The notes: generated by a model from the letters alone, not told the origin. A DNA stretch of 62,986 nucleotides, filler included, from Sphacelaria rigidula (GCA_964200075.2; 10 parts of 10 records of this genome joined end to end with filler, not necessarily neighbours in it); one strand, 5' to 3'; positions 1 to 13,191 are shown, numbered from the whole stretch's first letter. Translations and numbers: made by a program.

Positions 1-3000
1 CCCTATCGTAGGATGGCTCACATAAAATTGTTGGATACTTCTGCGGTGTATTACCGCTCATTGTTTATTTGTAATTGTGGGATTGTACCGACTTGTGAGA
101 AGTAAAATACAGAAGTAGAAAATGAACAGGCCGGTGGTGGCGCTTAGGTTTTGGGCTAAGCAACGCGTCCTGGGTTACCCCACTGTATGCTATTTGGAAT
201 CTCCGGAACTTGTAAAACGTTCCCAAAAGGTTGTCAAGTTGTGAGGTGAGCAACAGTGTTGTATGGGTACCGCCCTGGCGTGGTTCAGCCGCGACACTAG
301 GTCCATTGATGTGTGGAAGTCTACCGTTTCGTGAATGGGCTGGTGCATGCGGTTGAAAATGTGCCAGGTCAGGTGGGTCAGGCGGGAAATCAGTTTTCGC
401 CTTGGGGGCGGAGCAGGCGACCGTACGAACGCAGTTGTGATTGCCAGACTGGCCAACATAGTCCAAAATGACGCGAAGCTTTCAAGTGTCTTGTCGTCAA
501 CAGCTTATATTCTTGCTCCGCAGCTTCCAGAGCCTTCGTGGATTCGGGTATCGCGCGCTCTAGTTCGCTCTGTTCCGTTGGATTTTTTTCGGGATGGACA
601 TTTATCTCACGGGGGACCTGCGCGGGCTCTTGCACCCGTGAAAAACCCTCATGTTCACCCGCCTGGAAGTCGGGCAAACTCCAACTCTCTCAACACACGT
701 ACAAGCTGTGCTAGATTGCTGTTATCAATCTGGTCCCAGCACTCTTTTTGTTCCGTGACCGAAACATTGTACCAATGACGCGGGAGAATCACGGCTGGGC
801 GGTTTTGCCGAAGCCGGTCGTGTGGTTCGTCACGCGTGGGCAGGGATTGTTCCGATTTGGGTGGCGTATCAATAGCCAGAGTGGGGCGATCAGAGGGTTC
901 AGCACCGGTCTGGGTGCAGAGGTCATCGTCAGGAAAGGTTTTCGTAGCATCGGGGCTCACTTGGAGGGATGCCATCTGAGAATGAAAAGTGGGAACACCA
1001 TCAGCGTTTTGGGTGGCTGGTTGGTATAGAGGTAAGTTCACTGAGGGAGGGGGGGTGAGCATGGAGAGGAGAACTAAGGTCCTCATCGAAGTCTTCAGCC
1101 ACGTCCCTGAAAATGTGCCCTGCAAGAACGCTATCATTGACATCGAAACGTTCCGGATTGTTGTTGGCAACCGTCTCACTACGCGTGGGTGATCGTACAG
1201 TTGTTTTATCACTGTCTGTAGGGAGCACACCGTCCTTCGTGACATCGTGCTCCGATGAAGTCGAAGGGCGGTTGATATCAGACATGGTTGAAAAGTGAAC
1301 GTTTCGTCGTGGGAGGCAGCATAGTTGTTGAGGACTGAAATGGAGTGAACAAAAATAAAAAGGAACAGAGTGGCAGGGTACTGTCGACAGTCGATCGACA
1401 TGTAGTTCCGCGCACTACGCACATGCATGAGGTCTACCACCTTGTCAATCAGGTGCAGGCAAGAGAGAGAAAAAATATGTCGAAGGCACACAACAAACCG
1501 TAGGTGTGTGTGTTGGAATAAATTGTAACAGCAAGAGACAAGAAAACGAAGGTTGTCACAAGCAACAGACATACAGTGTCCTGTCACCAGCACAACAGCG
1601 CTTCAACAAATCTGCATGCCACTATGGGATATACGTGGGGGACGCAGCGAACCGCAACGTCAAACTGCTCACTTCTATCTTGAGAACATGTTGAGGTTGA
1701 GAACAAAAAACAAACTACCGGATGCCGTGTTTCCAGAGGCAATACCAGCGCAGCTGGCGATACTCATATAACAGCACCGCTTAGTTCACTGAAGATAGCC
1801 GAGTTGGGGTCTTGGTGACGCACATCGTACAGGTAGACAGATCATGAATGTGTAATCACAACCGAGATACAAATGTTTAGTGCAGTGCAGACAGCAGCGT
1901 AAAAAGCACCAGCCAACAAAATATTGTGTGGCACAGTACAGTTCACATGATCTTTGCGTAGTGCAGCGGGCGTGGTCGACAGTGCGGTACGATGTCAATT
2001 TGTTCGTATCACATGAAGAAAACCCGACACAACGTTATACCCGCGTCGTGTTCAAATCTACAATACAATATAGATGACTTCGTTCAGATAGTGCACAGTA
2101 CCAACGTATGCTACAACACGGCATCTCACCGCACGCAATATATTACCCTCTGGGACATTCGTAATTCAAACGGTGCTGTACTGTTGTCAGCACTTCAATT
2201 CGGAACAATATTTCAACGGGAAAGGTATGTGGCCTTCTGGACGATCAAGTATGTACTATAGTGCGTGGTGGTGAGGCGGCAATCAACTGTAGTGTACCCT
2301 GGTGCCGTGTGAAAGTGAACAAGTAACATGAGCCTCACGCCTCGCCGTGTTCAATCATGCTCGTGTACAGACAATATATTCAGTTCGAGTCCATCATGTC
2401 GAATCGGTATAATTCGGTGCGCATGGTGGATCAACTTTCCGTGTTTGGAAGAAAATCGTCTGTGCAGCGGTGGCGGTCGAAATAGGCCGCGTACTCGTTA
2501 CCTGCCAGCATGAATCGGCTTATGTTGGGACACATATCGGTCGAGTCGGTTGATACAGAATCGACGGACTGTGAGCAGGGGCGCTTGTGGGGGCAGGTAG
2601 TCGGGGGAGCGCTGAAAAAGCTACGGACCCTTGAGGGGCGTATCTAAACAAGGAACGTGTGAACGGCTCTATTTTCCGAGAACCTCCCGTGGGCGAAAAA
2701 AGACACGGCACTTCAGATCGAGTGTGCATGAAAACGCTATGCGTTCTTGGTGCAGTGTAAAACGTTGCCAGAGAGAGCGCATCCGCCACAGTGGGTTGGC
2801 TTGTACCGTCGGCATGACCTGCAGGGTGCGGGGAATATGCTTGTGCAGCAAGAGAGGGCTGACGTGTGAGCTCGTACCTTGAGCGCTTCATGGTTCGGTT
2901 GCCACTGCCTGAAACCAACGTGGGTACTGCATGACACATCGAACACCTGCAGCTAACTTGAGTCGGGATGTCTGTTAAACTCCGAGTAAAAGAGAGAACA

Positions 3001-3175
3001 GCTGTCTAAGAAGCTGTGTAATTACCATGGTGTATTACACCGCTAAATAATGTACACAAATATCGAGTGAAAACGAGGGCCGAAAATACAAGGTTTTCGA
3101 GAGAAAACCGTGAGCTGGTGTTTGGCTGTGTGTAAGCAGCAGCCGATCGAAAGAGAAAACCGTACAGCTTGAATG
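1..3175 (-). mobile_element. Dispersed repeat family A, copy 1 (internally deleted), with a decayed ORF
   Basis: The reverse complement aligns by eye with 20950-25106 over most of its length. The ORF remnant starts MSDINRPSTSS at 1285 and is broken by frameshifts. The contig starts inside the G-run that ends copy 2. Confidence 0.8.
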
Positions 3176-3829
3176 AAACAAGCTACCTCTGAAGTCCCAT
3201 GTGTGTTAGTATTGGAAAGCAGAGCAAGCCACGACCCAAGATGGGTGAGTATGTGACGCACTGGTCCTGTTTTCGGCTCGTAACTCAAACTGTAGGTTTC
3301 TCTCGCACAAGGCACTCGTCAACAGCAGACAGCTGTTATTGAAAGTAAGCACCGAGCTCTTTCGATGAAAGGAACCACCAATTGACACCAAGGGGTTAAG
3401 ATACACGCTACTCACTTCTTAGGCACGGCTTGCCAGCCAGGAAGATGAGACGTCTCGCAGAGCAGATGAAAGGCTGATGGTCCTTCTTGTGATCAGTTCT
3501 ACGGTAGCTGTTTCTGGCGGTGGGTTGCAAGTGAGCATCGTAGGCTATGCGGCACACGATCACCCTCAAAAACTCCTAGCTACGCATACAATCTTGTCAT
3601 ATAAATACCACTCAGCGTGGCGCACTGTACCTTAAGCCAATCAAAGCTGTAGTAGCAGCAGGTACACGCGGCTAATCGGGTACAATCCGGTATCTACCTT
3701 CAAGCCGCTGTGTCAACAATACAAGGATCCAACTCCTGCCTCATACAAACACACATTCGACTAGAATCTTTCCATACCCGCTGGTCGTTTCTAGGGACCA
3801 TCTGCATACCCACGAGGAACTAGTTCTAA

Positions 3830-4170
3830 TTCAGGCATTCAGTCATTTACCATCACATTAGCCCACCCTGGATCTTCAAGTGCAGTCCCTTTTCGGAAGG
3901 GACGAACTTGCATCGAGCCACACCTCTCCCACACCACAGAAAAACTGAGACTCCATTTGAAGATCGAGTCCTCTTTGGTACTGGGACCGGGAAGGCTGAT
4001 CAACACAAAAAAAAACAAGAAAAAATAGAGACAAGCATAAAGCAAAAAGGATGGAAATACAAAAATCGAACCGATACAATGATTCGGTGTCCTCTTGTTC
4101 CGTGAGTTCTTCAGACGGGATCATGGGAAATAAAAAATAAAAATAAAAAATAAGACCCAAAATCAACAAT
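3830..4170 (-). mobile_element. Probable retroposon (LINE/SINE) 3' end
   Basis: T-rich on the minus strand, ending GCTAATGTGATGGTAAATGACTGAATG, similar to other retroposon tails in the window. Confidence 0.4.
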
Positions 4171-5194
4171 CAAACCATGTACCATGAAGTGCAGTGTCTC
4201 CAGAATGTCGTAAGCATTTCCGTGATAGGTACAGGAAATCAGAGACCAATCATTGAAACGGTTTTCCTACCCTGCCATAACTATATCATGAATAAATACT
4301 TCGCTCTTTTCCGAATGTCCGATTTGTTTCGGATCATTGATAGAAAAACAAGCAAGCCCGCCAAGGCATTCTTTCACTTCGATAACCAAGTCCATGCTAA
4401 TCACTCGCCCCAGTCAATCAGCAAAAGCAAAAAAACGTACAGCCGAGTTCGTCGCCGAAATGGTAGTTTCCCGCGAAAACCATACGTTGGTAAAAACAAA
4501 ATAGAATGATACGGAAAAATCAACCCGTTTGACGTGAGTTAATTGACGGTATATGTTTATTAGAACGACGACTTGCTTGGGACGTCTGGTTGATGATCCA
4601 GTCGTACAGCATTTTTGCTTTTCCCACACGACGATACGAAAACAACTGACCGGTTTGTGAGGTCAGGTGTCCGAGCACGTCAAAAGAAGCGTGGTGGATA
4701 ATACACAATCTTCGGGCCTACTACGTGGTTCCAAGGCGGATCACTCAACACATTTCTGAACCACGACAAATACACAGGACAGAGAGAACCAACGCAGCCC
4801 ACTTCTCACAGTATTTGCCCGTTCGGACTAAAACGAGACTGGCCCGAACACAAACTGGAGGAAAACCCACAGCCGGTCGTACCGTCACGTTATTTCGTCC
4901 AATAATCCCTGATTAAACAAAACACCACCGACCAATTTCAGGGGCGGGTAATTGTACGCCAAAACTGGTAAACGTGACAGAAAAAATAGCGAGTGGCGGA
5001 CTCTGAGCCTGTGGCTGTACCAACGGTCGAGTATCGACATGGTGGAACGGACAGTTCCGAACGAGCGATCTATCTCACCATGATACCTGATGGCCCTGTA
5101 TGAGGAGACGTTTACAACCGATCTTACCGCGACTTCAGTAACATTTCTTCAACACTGCTATGTACGACGCGGCCAGTGGTGGCCTCGTTGTAAG

Positions 5195-6209
5195 TTATCA
5201 ATCACTTGAGTATAAATCATCGCGTCGGGTGACCCTCCTATAAACGAGGTCGGTCACATGCGGCAGGACTCGCAAAAAAAAAGTAGACCAAGTGTTCTAG
5301 ACTCGAGGGTCAGGAACGTTGGAACACTCGTGGAGAAATTCCCGACATGGACGCAGAAATCAAACCAAAATGAACACAAAACCAGGGACACGCTGGGCAA
5401 CAGCGAAAACGAAAATCCGCAACATGGGGCAGAAAAACAACACGTGGCAACCGTTCTTGTAAACGGGAGCAATTATCGTGTCTATGAAGCAAGCAGGGTC
5501 AAACCTTTCAGCCAAGAAGGTCAAAACATTTCAGGCAACCCATGTCAATATAAAATCAACGTGGTACGCCCACAAAAGGGGACACGTTATTATCGATCCT
5601 GCTGGAGGAAGCGGTATGCGTGTACGCCGCGGTTGGGCACGAGCGCAATTATTCCAGACGGGGAGGTCAGGTATATGCAGCGCTTGCTCCCAAAACTCTC
5701 AACCGAAAAGACAAAAAAAAAACCCGACAACATATGACCCCAAAAAGGCACGTCATGACCGGTCCCGAAGGGGAAGGCGGCATTCGCGTGCGGAGCGATG
5801 GAACAAGAGCGCAAGTATTCCAGACGTGGGCGTCAGGTATGGCTAGCGCTTGCTCCGTTAACTCTTCCATCAAAACAAACAAATCGAAAATGAAGACCAT
5901 GTAATAACAAAGTAAGACGAGATATGCGTAAAACGAAAAAAAATGAAGACATAAATAACTCGTGGCAACTGTTCCGATGGACGGGATGGTTGTGAATGTA
6001 CGGCACGGAGGACGGAGGTTCAAGGTTCCAGACGTGAGGTCAGGAATGGAACGGTCGTCACTTGTACTTCGCCAGATGAACCCAGAAGTACCCAAAAAAA
6101 TAAGTACCCATTGAACACAAAAAATCGAACACAAGGCACGGGGCGAAAAGAAAAGACAAAAAAAAAAAAACGAATAAAAAAAAAAGAAAAAAAAGAAAAA
6201 AAAGCAGAA
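5195..6209 (-). mobile_element. Probable long LINE 3' UTR with repeated hairpin modules
   Basis: U-rich linkers on the minus strand, a terminal CATGTGACC motif (~5252-5260) and a short ATTG-type tail. Shares AGGACTCGCAAAAA with the tail near 62322. Confidence 0.5.
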
Positions 6210-6309
6210 NNNNNNNNNNNNNNNNNNNNNNNNNNNNNNNNNNNNNNNNNNNNTTAATTAATTAANNNNNNNNNNNNNNNNNNNNNNNNNNNNNNNNNNN
6301 NNNNNNNNN
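6210..6309. other. Artificial contig linker N44-TTAATTAATTAA-N44 (also at 12519-12618, 18828-18927, 25137-25236, 31446-31545, 37755-37854, 44063-44162, 50371-50470, 56679-56778)
   Basis: The identical 100-bp spacer, with stops in all six frames, separates contigs of 6209 or 6208 bp. Confidence 0.99.
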
Positions 6310-6374
6310 AAGAACCAAATGCGCCCCCCCCCCCCCCCCCTCCCTATACGAAACAGATATGGTCGTTCACAAAC

Positions 6375-7058
6375 CTCCCAATGCGCGGCGTCTTCTTCGC
6401 CTTCGCCTTGGTCAGCAGAATCCGCGTCACCATCCACATCATCGCCGCCTAGACTCCAGCGTTGCCTAGACGATGGCGGCGATGCCCCCACCGCGTCATT
6501 ATGGTTACCACCGAACCCCACTGCCATGGTCTGCATCCTCCGGAGCGGGCCAAACGAAGCAGAGCTAGCAGAGAGCGACCTCTCCTGTCTCCCCCGCATG
6601 ACACTAGAACCGACACCGTTGCCGCTGACACGATCACCGACTATAACGTTGGCAGATGATGACGTTCTCCCTCTTGACAATGACACACCTCTAGACGTAG
6701 CGCCCACCGCGGAATCTAATCGGGGCCCGGCCGCGGGAGAGCGGGAGAGCTTTACCTGTGCACGCCGCGCGCTGGAGGTGTTGTTGCTGGTGTTACTGTT
6801 GACCCCAGACGACCGCAGCTCTGAACGCGACCTGGAGAATTGAGCACTAGTAGTAATCGTGTTGACACTTGAGCTACTGTTGTTGCTACTGCTGTTGGCG
6901 GTATTTGGAGCATGGCCTTTACTACTGCCGACGGAGCCGAAGGTGCCACTGTTGCGCTCTGGTGATTGGGCGGTGGGGTTCAGAGGTTCTCGTTCGCCCG
7001 GGCCGATATCGTCTCGGACAGTTCGTGCTGGGCTCCGCCAGAAAACAGACATCGCTCC
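6375..7058 (-). CDS. Probable exon of a Ser/Gly/Arg-rich low-complexity protein of unknown function
   Basis: 228 open codons between a pyrimidine-rich acceptor (CCCCCGGCAG|GGA) and a donor (GAG|GTTTGT). GC-rich. No recognisable domain. Confidence 0.6.
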
Positions 7059-7469
7059 CTGCCGGGGGTAACAGGGGGGGGGAGTGCGGAAGGGTCAACT
7101 TACTGATTTTTGCTTTTGAGTGGTACCGCGATAGCCCCCAACATAAACGTGGCTGGTTTGATGATACCATATCTACATGCGGATCAAAATGACAAGAGCC
7201 GAGAGTACCGGGCAGCTGGGAACTCTCACGGTTGGGATAGTTTTTCGCCGATGTCGCCCTTACTCGAGACGCTTCATGCAGCCTGAAACCAGCCATCATG
7301 CGCTGTGTAATATCTTTTTTCCGTGTTTGTTTTTTATTTTCTTATTTTCTCATGTTTTTTGGGAGGGGTTATAGCGCCATCACTTTTTCTTTCGTCATAC
7401 TTCGAACCCGTCGCCGTACTCATGACGGGTCCGCAATCTCGGGGGATGAATCCATCTCCAATGGTCACA

Positions 7470-7760
7470 CGACTAAGGCAAGCAACAAATTAGTACGCCC
7501 CCCCCCGATACACGCTCCGTCTCGAGAGGAATACTCGGCCAATGTCAAACAACTAAGGCAAGCAACAAATGATTACGCCCCTCCCCCCCCCCCAACCCCA
7601 ACACCCCCCCCCCACCCACCCCCACCCCCCGCACCCCCCCCCTCCCCCCNNNNNNNNNNAAAAGGGCCGCCTTCAGAGGAAAACTGCGCCCATATCAAAC
7701 AACAAAGCCAAACAAAAAATGATTACCCCCCCCCCCCCCCCCCCCCCCCTCCCCTCCCCG
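7470..7760 (+). repeat. Tandem/dispersed repeat ACTAAGGCAAGCAACAAATGA.TAC followed by poly-C
   Basis: Three degenerate units here, plus an inverted copy at ~43990-44062. Confidence 0.7.
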
Positions 7761-7904
7761 AGTACAAGCCTTGCATTTTGGTATCGCCGATTGGGAAATA
7801 AAAAAAACAGTCCCACATTACGTTTTCTTTCCTACCGCCCACACATCCTAACGTTTTTAACGACAAATCTCAGATACTTCTCACATAAAAGAAGGAAAAA
7901 AAAC

Positions 7905-7985
7905 TGAAGCCACATCTGCCCGGAGTCGAACCCGCTATCTTCCGCCTCGACTGGTTCCACTTGTACCCGTTACATCACCAGGCCG
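7905..7985 (-). mobile_element. tRNA-derived SINE head (or tRNA pseudogene)
   Basis: Minus strand has an A-box-like TGGTGATGTAACGG and a B box GGTTCGACTCC, followed by a T-run. No proper cloverleaf. Confidence 0.6.
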
Positions 7986-9861
7986 CGGCGGCAACGGACT
8001 GTACCTGGTTTACCTTCGTGGTCGACGCGGGTGGATGGGGCACGATCCACCCCACCAGGAGTTCTAGGCGGCCATGTAGTCGCTGGGTTTCGAGGCGAAA
8101 AACCAGAAAATTCACCGCATGATCCGTTGTATCAACAAGGTATGCAGTGCGTACAACGGCTCTGAAGAAGATGGGTCATCAGGCCTATTCCCTTCAATTC
8201 CTAGAGAGGTACAGTATTCAATATTTTCAGACGTTGTTCAATTACTCCCGACACATACCTACCTCCTTCGTCGTGAATCTGTGTCCTTTACGCGCATGCC
8301 CGCTGCGGATTCTTCGTAGCGGTGTTATGGTGCATGGTTACCCAATACTTGCTGCAGTCAAGATCCAACAACTTTACTGGAGTCGAGAAGCGTCATTAAA
8401 CGTTTTGATTACACAAGCCAGGGGTGTGTATACATTGTGTCCGTTAAATCGGCAGCATTTTTGACTCTGAAAAAGTGATATGCAAAAAACTTACATCCGT
8501 ATCTGGAGACCTTCAAATGGCTGCGACAAAATCCTACAGGGACCTGTGTCAGCTGTTGTGCAACATGCTGTTCGACTGCGTCAAATGTCGATGGAAAAAG
8601 CTCGTACCCCGCCATGCAATGGGGTGTTTGTGTGCGTATGTTACGTGCATATGCATCACACCTTGGACAAAAGATTGCCGTGGCGACAAGTGTACTGAGT
8701 ACAGTATCGAATTTATTGCCCATAGCAACAGGCAGTAGATTCGATACTGTCCGTAGTGCACTCTTTACCAATGTACTCTCACCGTCCTTTTCCAGGGTGC
8801 GACGTGTACGGACATATATACATTCTACCATGCGCGCATCTAGAACACCCCGGCTACCACGAGTATACCTATCCCGTTGCATCACACACATCCTCATCAT
8901 CACTGTTAAGCCAGCAAGAAAACAAGGAGAAGGAAATGCCGGCTGGTTGGAAGCTTCCGCCAAATGAATAAGAAACAGGTGAAGGAGATTAAAAAAAAAG
9001 CTGGTGGCGGGGTCTCACCCTCATTTCACTTTTTTAGGCGCGCGCGTCCTCTGTATTCCTAACCCGCCGCGTGCATGTGGAGACGTGCTCGGCTACATGG
9101 TTTCCTCAAACAAGTCTGATCCCATTTGAAAAGTGGGGGCATTTCTCAGACGATAGTCTGTGATGTTGGCTTTCGTTGAGAATTTTTTCATTTCAAGGGG
9201 TGTCTCAGCACTTTTTTTTCGATCGAAATAATGGGGCGGTGGAATCGATTCAAGTGATTTTTTCTCGTTTTGATGTAGTTGGGTCCAGACATTTTTTCAA
9301 GTTCTCGATCGAAAAGAGACAGTGAACTTCGCAAAACGGTACACGGTCACTTGTGTACATTACAGCCAGTCTGTACTGTCTGCACTGCTTGCAAGCAGTG
9401 TCTTGAGTGCGTGTTTCGTACAGGGGGGGATAAAAGAGAAGCGGGCAACGTGCAGTGCAGACAGCCCAGGAATATCAGTTGTCTTTGCTAACCATGCGAC
9501 GTGAAAAGCACTTCAGCAACGTGCAGCTTTGTACTGCCTGCACTGTCTATGAGCGTGCACGCAACTCGGTTAACCACCGTACCACGCGGTTCCGTTGCTG
9601 ATCCCTACCATGAAGGAAGATACGCAAATTTCCGCCGACAAAAACCAACAAAGCATACCCAACAACTGCAGTGTATCTATCCCTGTGCTCAACATGTGGT
9701 GCTGTATGCTGCAGGGTTGCGGTGGTAGCAGAGAATGAGTTGGATGGAATTTGCATGGTCCTGTGAACAGGTGTTAACTGGCGTGGTGGTCTGTAAGATA
9801 GGAGTCAAGTGCCGCTCCGTGCCTTTCGACCGCATGTCTTCGATCGAAAAGGGTTATTTTT

Positions 9862-12095
9862 GGGCAATATACAAAAACGGGTACCCCCTGGCACTTCTGG
9901 AAAACAAAAAGAGTAACGCATTTTTCGCTTTGGGGCGCGGCACTGCACGCGGGCTAAACACCTCGAAAACACGTTCCAGCACCTCAGCCCCACGCCCTGG
10001 GTGTCTGGGCAGCATGCCCGTCCATTGTTTTTCATTTTCACAAGTGGTACTGGGCTGACCTACGGCGCCGAAAATGAGAGCATGCGAAAGTACCCTTTTT
10101 TGTAAACAAACCAGGGGGGTACACCCTGCCCTCTGCTAAAAATTGATCTCTTACACCCTTTTTGGTCGGGCTATGATTTGGCTACTCTGGCTAGTCAAGT
10201 TTAAACTGATTGCGCCAGCGGCCAGTATAGCGATGTTTTTTCAGTTAACCCTTTTGGGCCGGGCCTCCAGAACGACCAGTGAGGCTGACTAGGAATAGCG
10301 TGTTTGGCGTCTGCATGAAACAGTGGCGTGTAGCTGAAAACCCGCGTATGTAACCGCAGGGTTACAAGGAAGACCGAAAGTTTCATCCAACCTAGTTTCG
10401 GGTGCAGGGTGCGCATTAGGTGACGTACATCTGACGTAGCAAGCAGTATGGGTCGCTGTGGAGCTTTCAACAGGATGCGGCGACCGGCGGGCCGCCCGCC
10501 ACTTGTGGCTTTGGATGATATTATTGTCCCCATCACCCTGCCACACAGCCCCTTGTTATCGGGGTGGGCCGCCATTTCCCTCTTTGTTGCATGCGGCACA
10601 TTAACTTCGAAGGGTATCAGCGTTGCCGCGCGCATACATACTGTACAGTACTGTACAGTACAGTGCAGTACGCCTCTCCGACTGCAGCAGCAGCTGCCGC
10701 TGCATACTCTCTTGCACGTTCTGGGTAGTTTTCGGCTACCGAGATCAATTGCCTATATACCGCTTCTTCATTCCCGCCCACTAAATACATGTTACCTGCA
10801 CACTGCAAGTCATCGGCAGAGGGAGAAGCAGAATTCATGACGGTAGCTCATTTTGACTTTCCACGTTCAACCTGGGTTTATTATCTCGTGAAAAAGACCA
10901 CATGGTGATATGTACACTCTCCTTCCCGTTTTTTTCCGCTCCAACCTGTGTTGAAATAATGACCACGTTTTAGTATAGAATGGCGACCCAAAAAACTCTC
11001 CGGAAAAACTCGGGAACACTATACTGAATGCAAGTGATAACATAAAACCAAGCTGCACCCGCCCTGCACTTGGAAACCTGGTAAGGGTTTTCTGGGCCAG
11101 GGATGGAGCCCCCACACGACCTTTGCAGTGGCATCACACTCGACAACAATCCCCGAGCTGGTCGTTCGGGTCTGGTCGATAAATTTCGCCTCGCCGTGAT
11201 TGGGCAGGTCGCTCGAAGACTTATTCTTCATTATTTCACCCAACACAGGGTCAACCCCGTGTTAGTGGGGGGTCGATTCCAAAAGGGTTAATCGGCGAAG
11301 CCGATTAATTGGAAAAACATCGGCGTCGTTCTCACAGCTTCAAGTATTCCGAGCGGTGGTGGTCTCGTGTGTCGAACGGCAACGACCAGAGGAAGACACC
11401 CGATTGTACAGTCTATACCGTTGGATTCATGCGTTCTTCCTCCAATCCGGAATCCGATCGGCGCCTATCTCTGTGTCCGAGCCGCAAATTGCAGATCCGG
11501 CAACCGTCTGATGTTGTCGCCGGATGATGCCGTTCGGGCTTGTGTGTCGGCAAGATGTTCACTCATGTTCGTCGGATTTTTGTGAGCTCCGGCACACAAG
11601 GGACCTGCATGCATCGTTAGATCTTCCGGGTCTTCGGGCCAACCAACAGGGGTGCTACACTCTTCTGGTCGTTGAGTTTTGGCCTTTTTTGGTGGGGTGT
11701 AGTTTTACCGAAAATGGCTATGGTTGTGACTGCTCGGCGCATCTTGTGCTGAGACGGCGGTACGGTCACCACTTCACAAAAAAGGGTCAGCAGCGAAACA
11801 AAAAAGGGTGTACAATCATTTTTTAGCAGAGGGCAGGATGTATCCCCCTGGTTTGTTTACAAAAAGGGGTACTTTCGCATGTTTTCGGCGTCGTAGGTCA
11901 GCCCAGTACCACTTGTGAAAATGAAAAACAATGGACGGGCATGCTGCCCAGACACCCAGGGCGTGGGGCTGAGGTGCTGGAACGTGTTTTCGAGGTGTTT
12001 AGCCCGCGTGCAGCGCCGCGCCCCAAAGCGAAAAATGCGTTACTCTTTTCGTGTTCCAGAAGTGCCAGGGGGTACCTTTTTTCGGTATATTGCCC
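9862..12095. mobile_element. Non-autonomous long-TIR DNA transposon (Mutator- or Merlin-like)
   Basis: Inverted repeats of ~300 bp (9862-~10165 and ~11800-12095) ending GGGCAATATA/TATATTGCCC. Flanks TTATTTTT and TTATCTTG match at 6/8 (possible TSD). A partial copy lies at ~45370-47350. Confidence 0.75.
10249..11287. mobile_element. piggyBac-like non-autonomous element
   Basis: TTAA|CCCTTTTGG ... CCAAAAGGG|TTAA. The homologous empty site is at ~47670-47720. Confidence 0.85.
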
Positions 12096-12639
12096 TTATC
12101 TTGTTGTCTCAAAAGGTTTTTCTCTGGCGCGTCGCTAGTTTAATAGTTTAATATTTTGTTGAAGTCTTCTAGGAACATAATTTCGGTGGACCTATCAGAT
12201 TGGCAAAAAAAATTCGACCGCACGTTTCCGATCGGAAAAAAAAGATGCCAAGGCGGGTTCTTATCAGAAGTGATTATCACCTTTCAAAAAATCACTTTTG
12301 GAGAAGTGACTGCCCCCACAACGACCAGTGCTGCGTCTTATCGACAAGCAGTTTTGTTCGGATCGAAGCCCAGATCTGCGCACAGGCAAGAAATGCGGCG
12401 GTTCTGGAAGTGGCCGTTAGCCCAATATCTCTGTACTGCTGCGGACGAGACTCAAAGAGGTGGCACAGCGTCGACACACATCGCCACGAGAACCGACGGA
12501 TAGACATTCACCACTCACNNNNNNNNNNNNNNNNNNNNNNNNNNNNNNNNNNNNNNNNNNNNTTAATTAATTAANNNNNNNNNNNNNNNNNNNNNNNNNN
12601 NNNNNNNNNNNNNNNNNNTTGGTGGTGGGGTGGGGGGGT

Positions 12640-12686
<47 letters not shown>

Positions 12687-12810
12687 TATGGTGAAGTGGG
12701 CATGCACGAGAAAGGGTGTAGTAATGTGGCGGAGGGAGAAATTCATGACTTTGATAGGACAGCTGGTTGACATGAAGTTGACTCATCGTCATTACAACCA
12801 CTGCTCTCAC

Positions 12811-13191
12811 CAGAAGACGCGAGTCAACACTCCCCTCACTGCTGCCTTCCACCCGACAAGAATCGGGCGACGGCGTCATAATCATCGACAGTGACGGCCG
12901 CCAGCCGCCGTCCCTGTTGCTGAAGCTTCTGCTCAGAGGCGGCGGCAGCGGCGAAAAGTTCTCCTGCTTCTTGGCCTCCGCCCCCGCCCCTCGCCAAGCG
13001 TCCTGTACATCCGCCCCCGTGACTGTACGCAACTCGTCCCCGTGAATCATACTTGCAGCAGCGACACCGTTGGCACCCTTATGCGTAGAGCAAAGCGTGG
13101 TTAGGAGAGAAGACAGAAGAGGAGCGGGACGGGGGAAGGAACCGGAGGTACTTGACTTCATGGGTGCAGCTATTGTGACCGCAGTTATCAT
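12811..13191 (-). CDS. Possible exon of an unknown low-complexity protein
   Basis: Open GC-rich frame ending at a donor CTG|GTGAGA. The 5' boundary is uncertain. Confidence 0.4.

Noticed and set aside
3334..3718. Solo LTR candidates (also 20485-20777 and 58852-59236)
   Set aside because: TG...CA ends are present, but there are no matching TSDs and no second copies.
6254..6265. Recurrent TTAATTAATTAA as a biological repeat, and ORFs running into Ns
   Set aside because: Assembly linker; the ORF ends there are artefacts.
8100..9323. Transposase remnant with CRHG and a CACTG-type end
   Set aside because: A single short motif, many stops and no second terminus. Cannot be supported.
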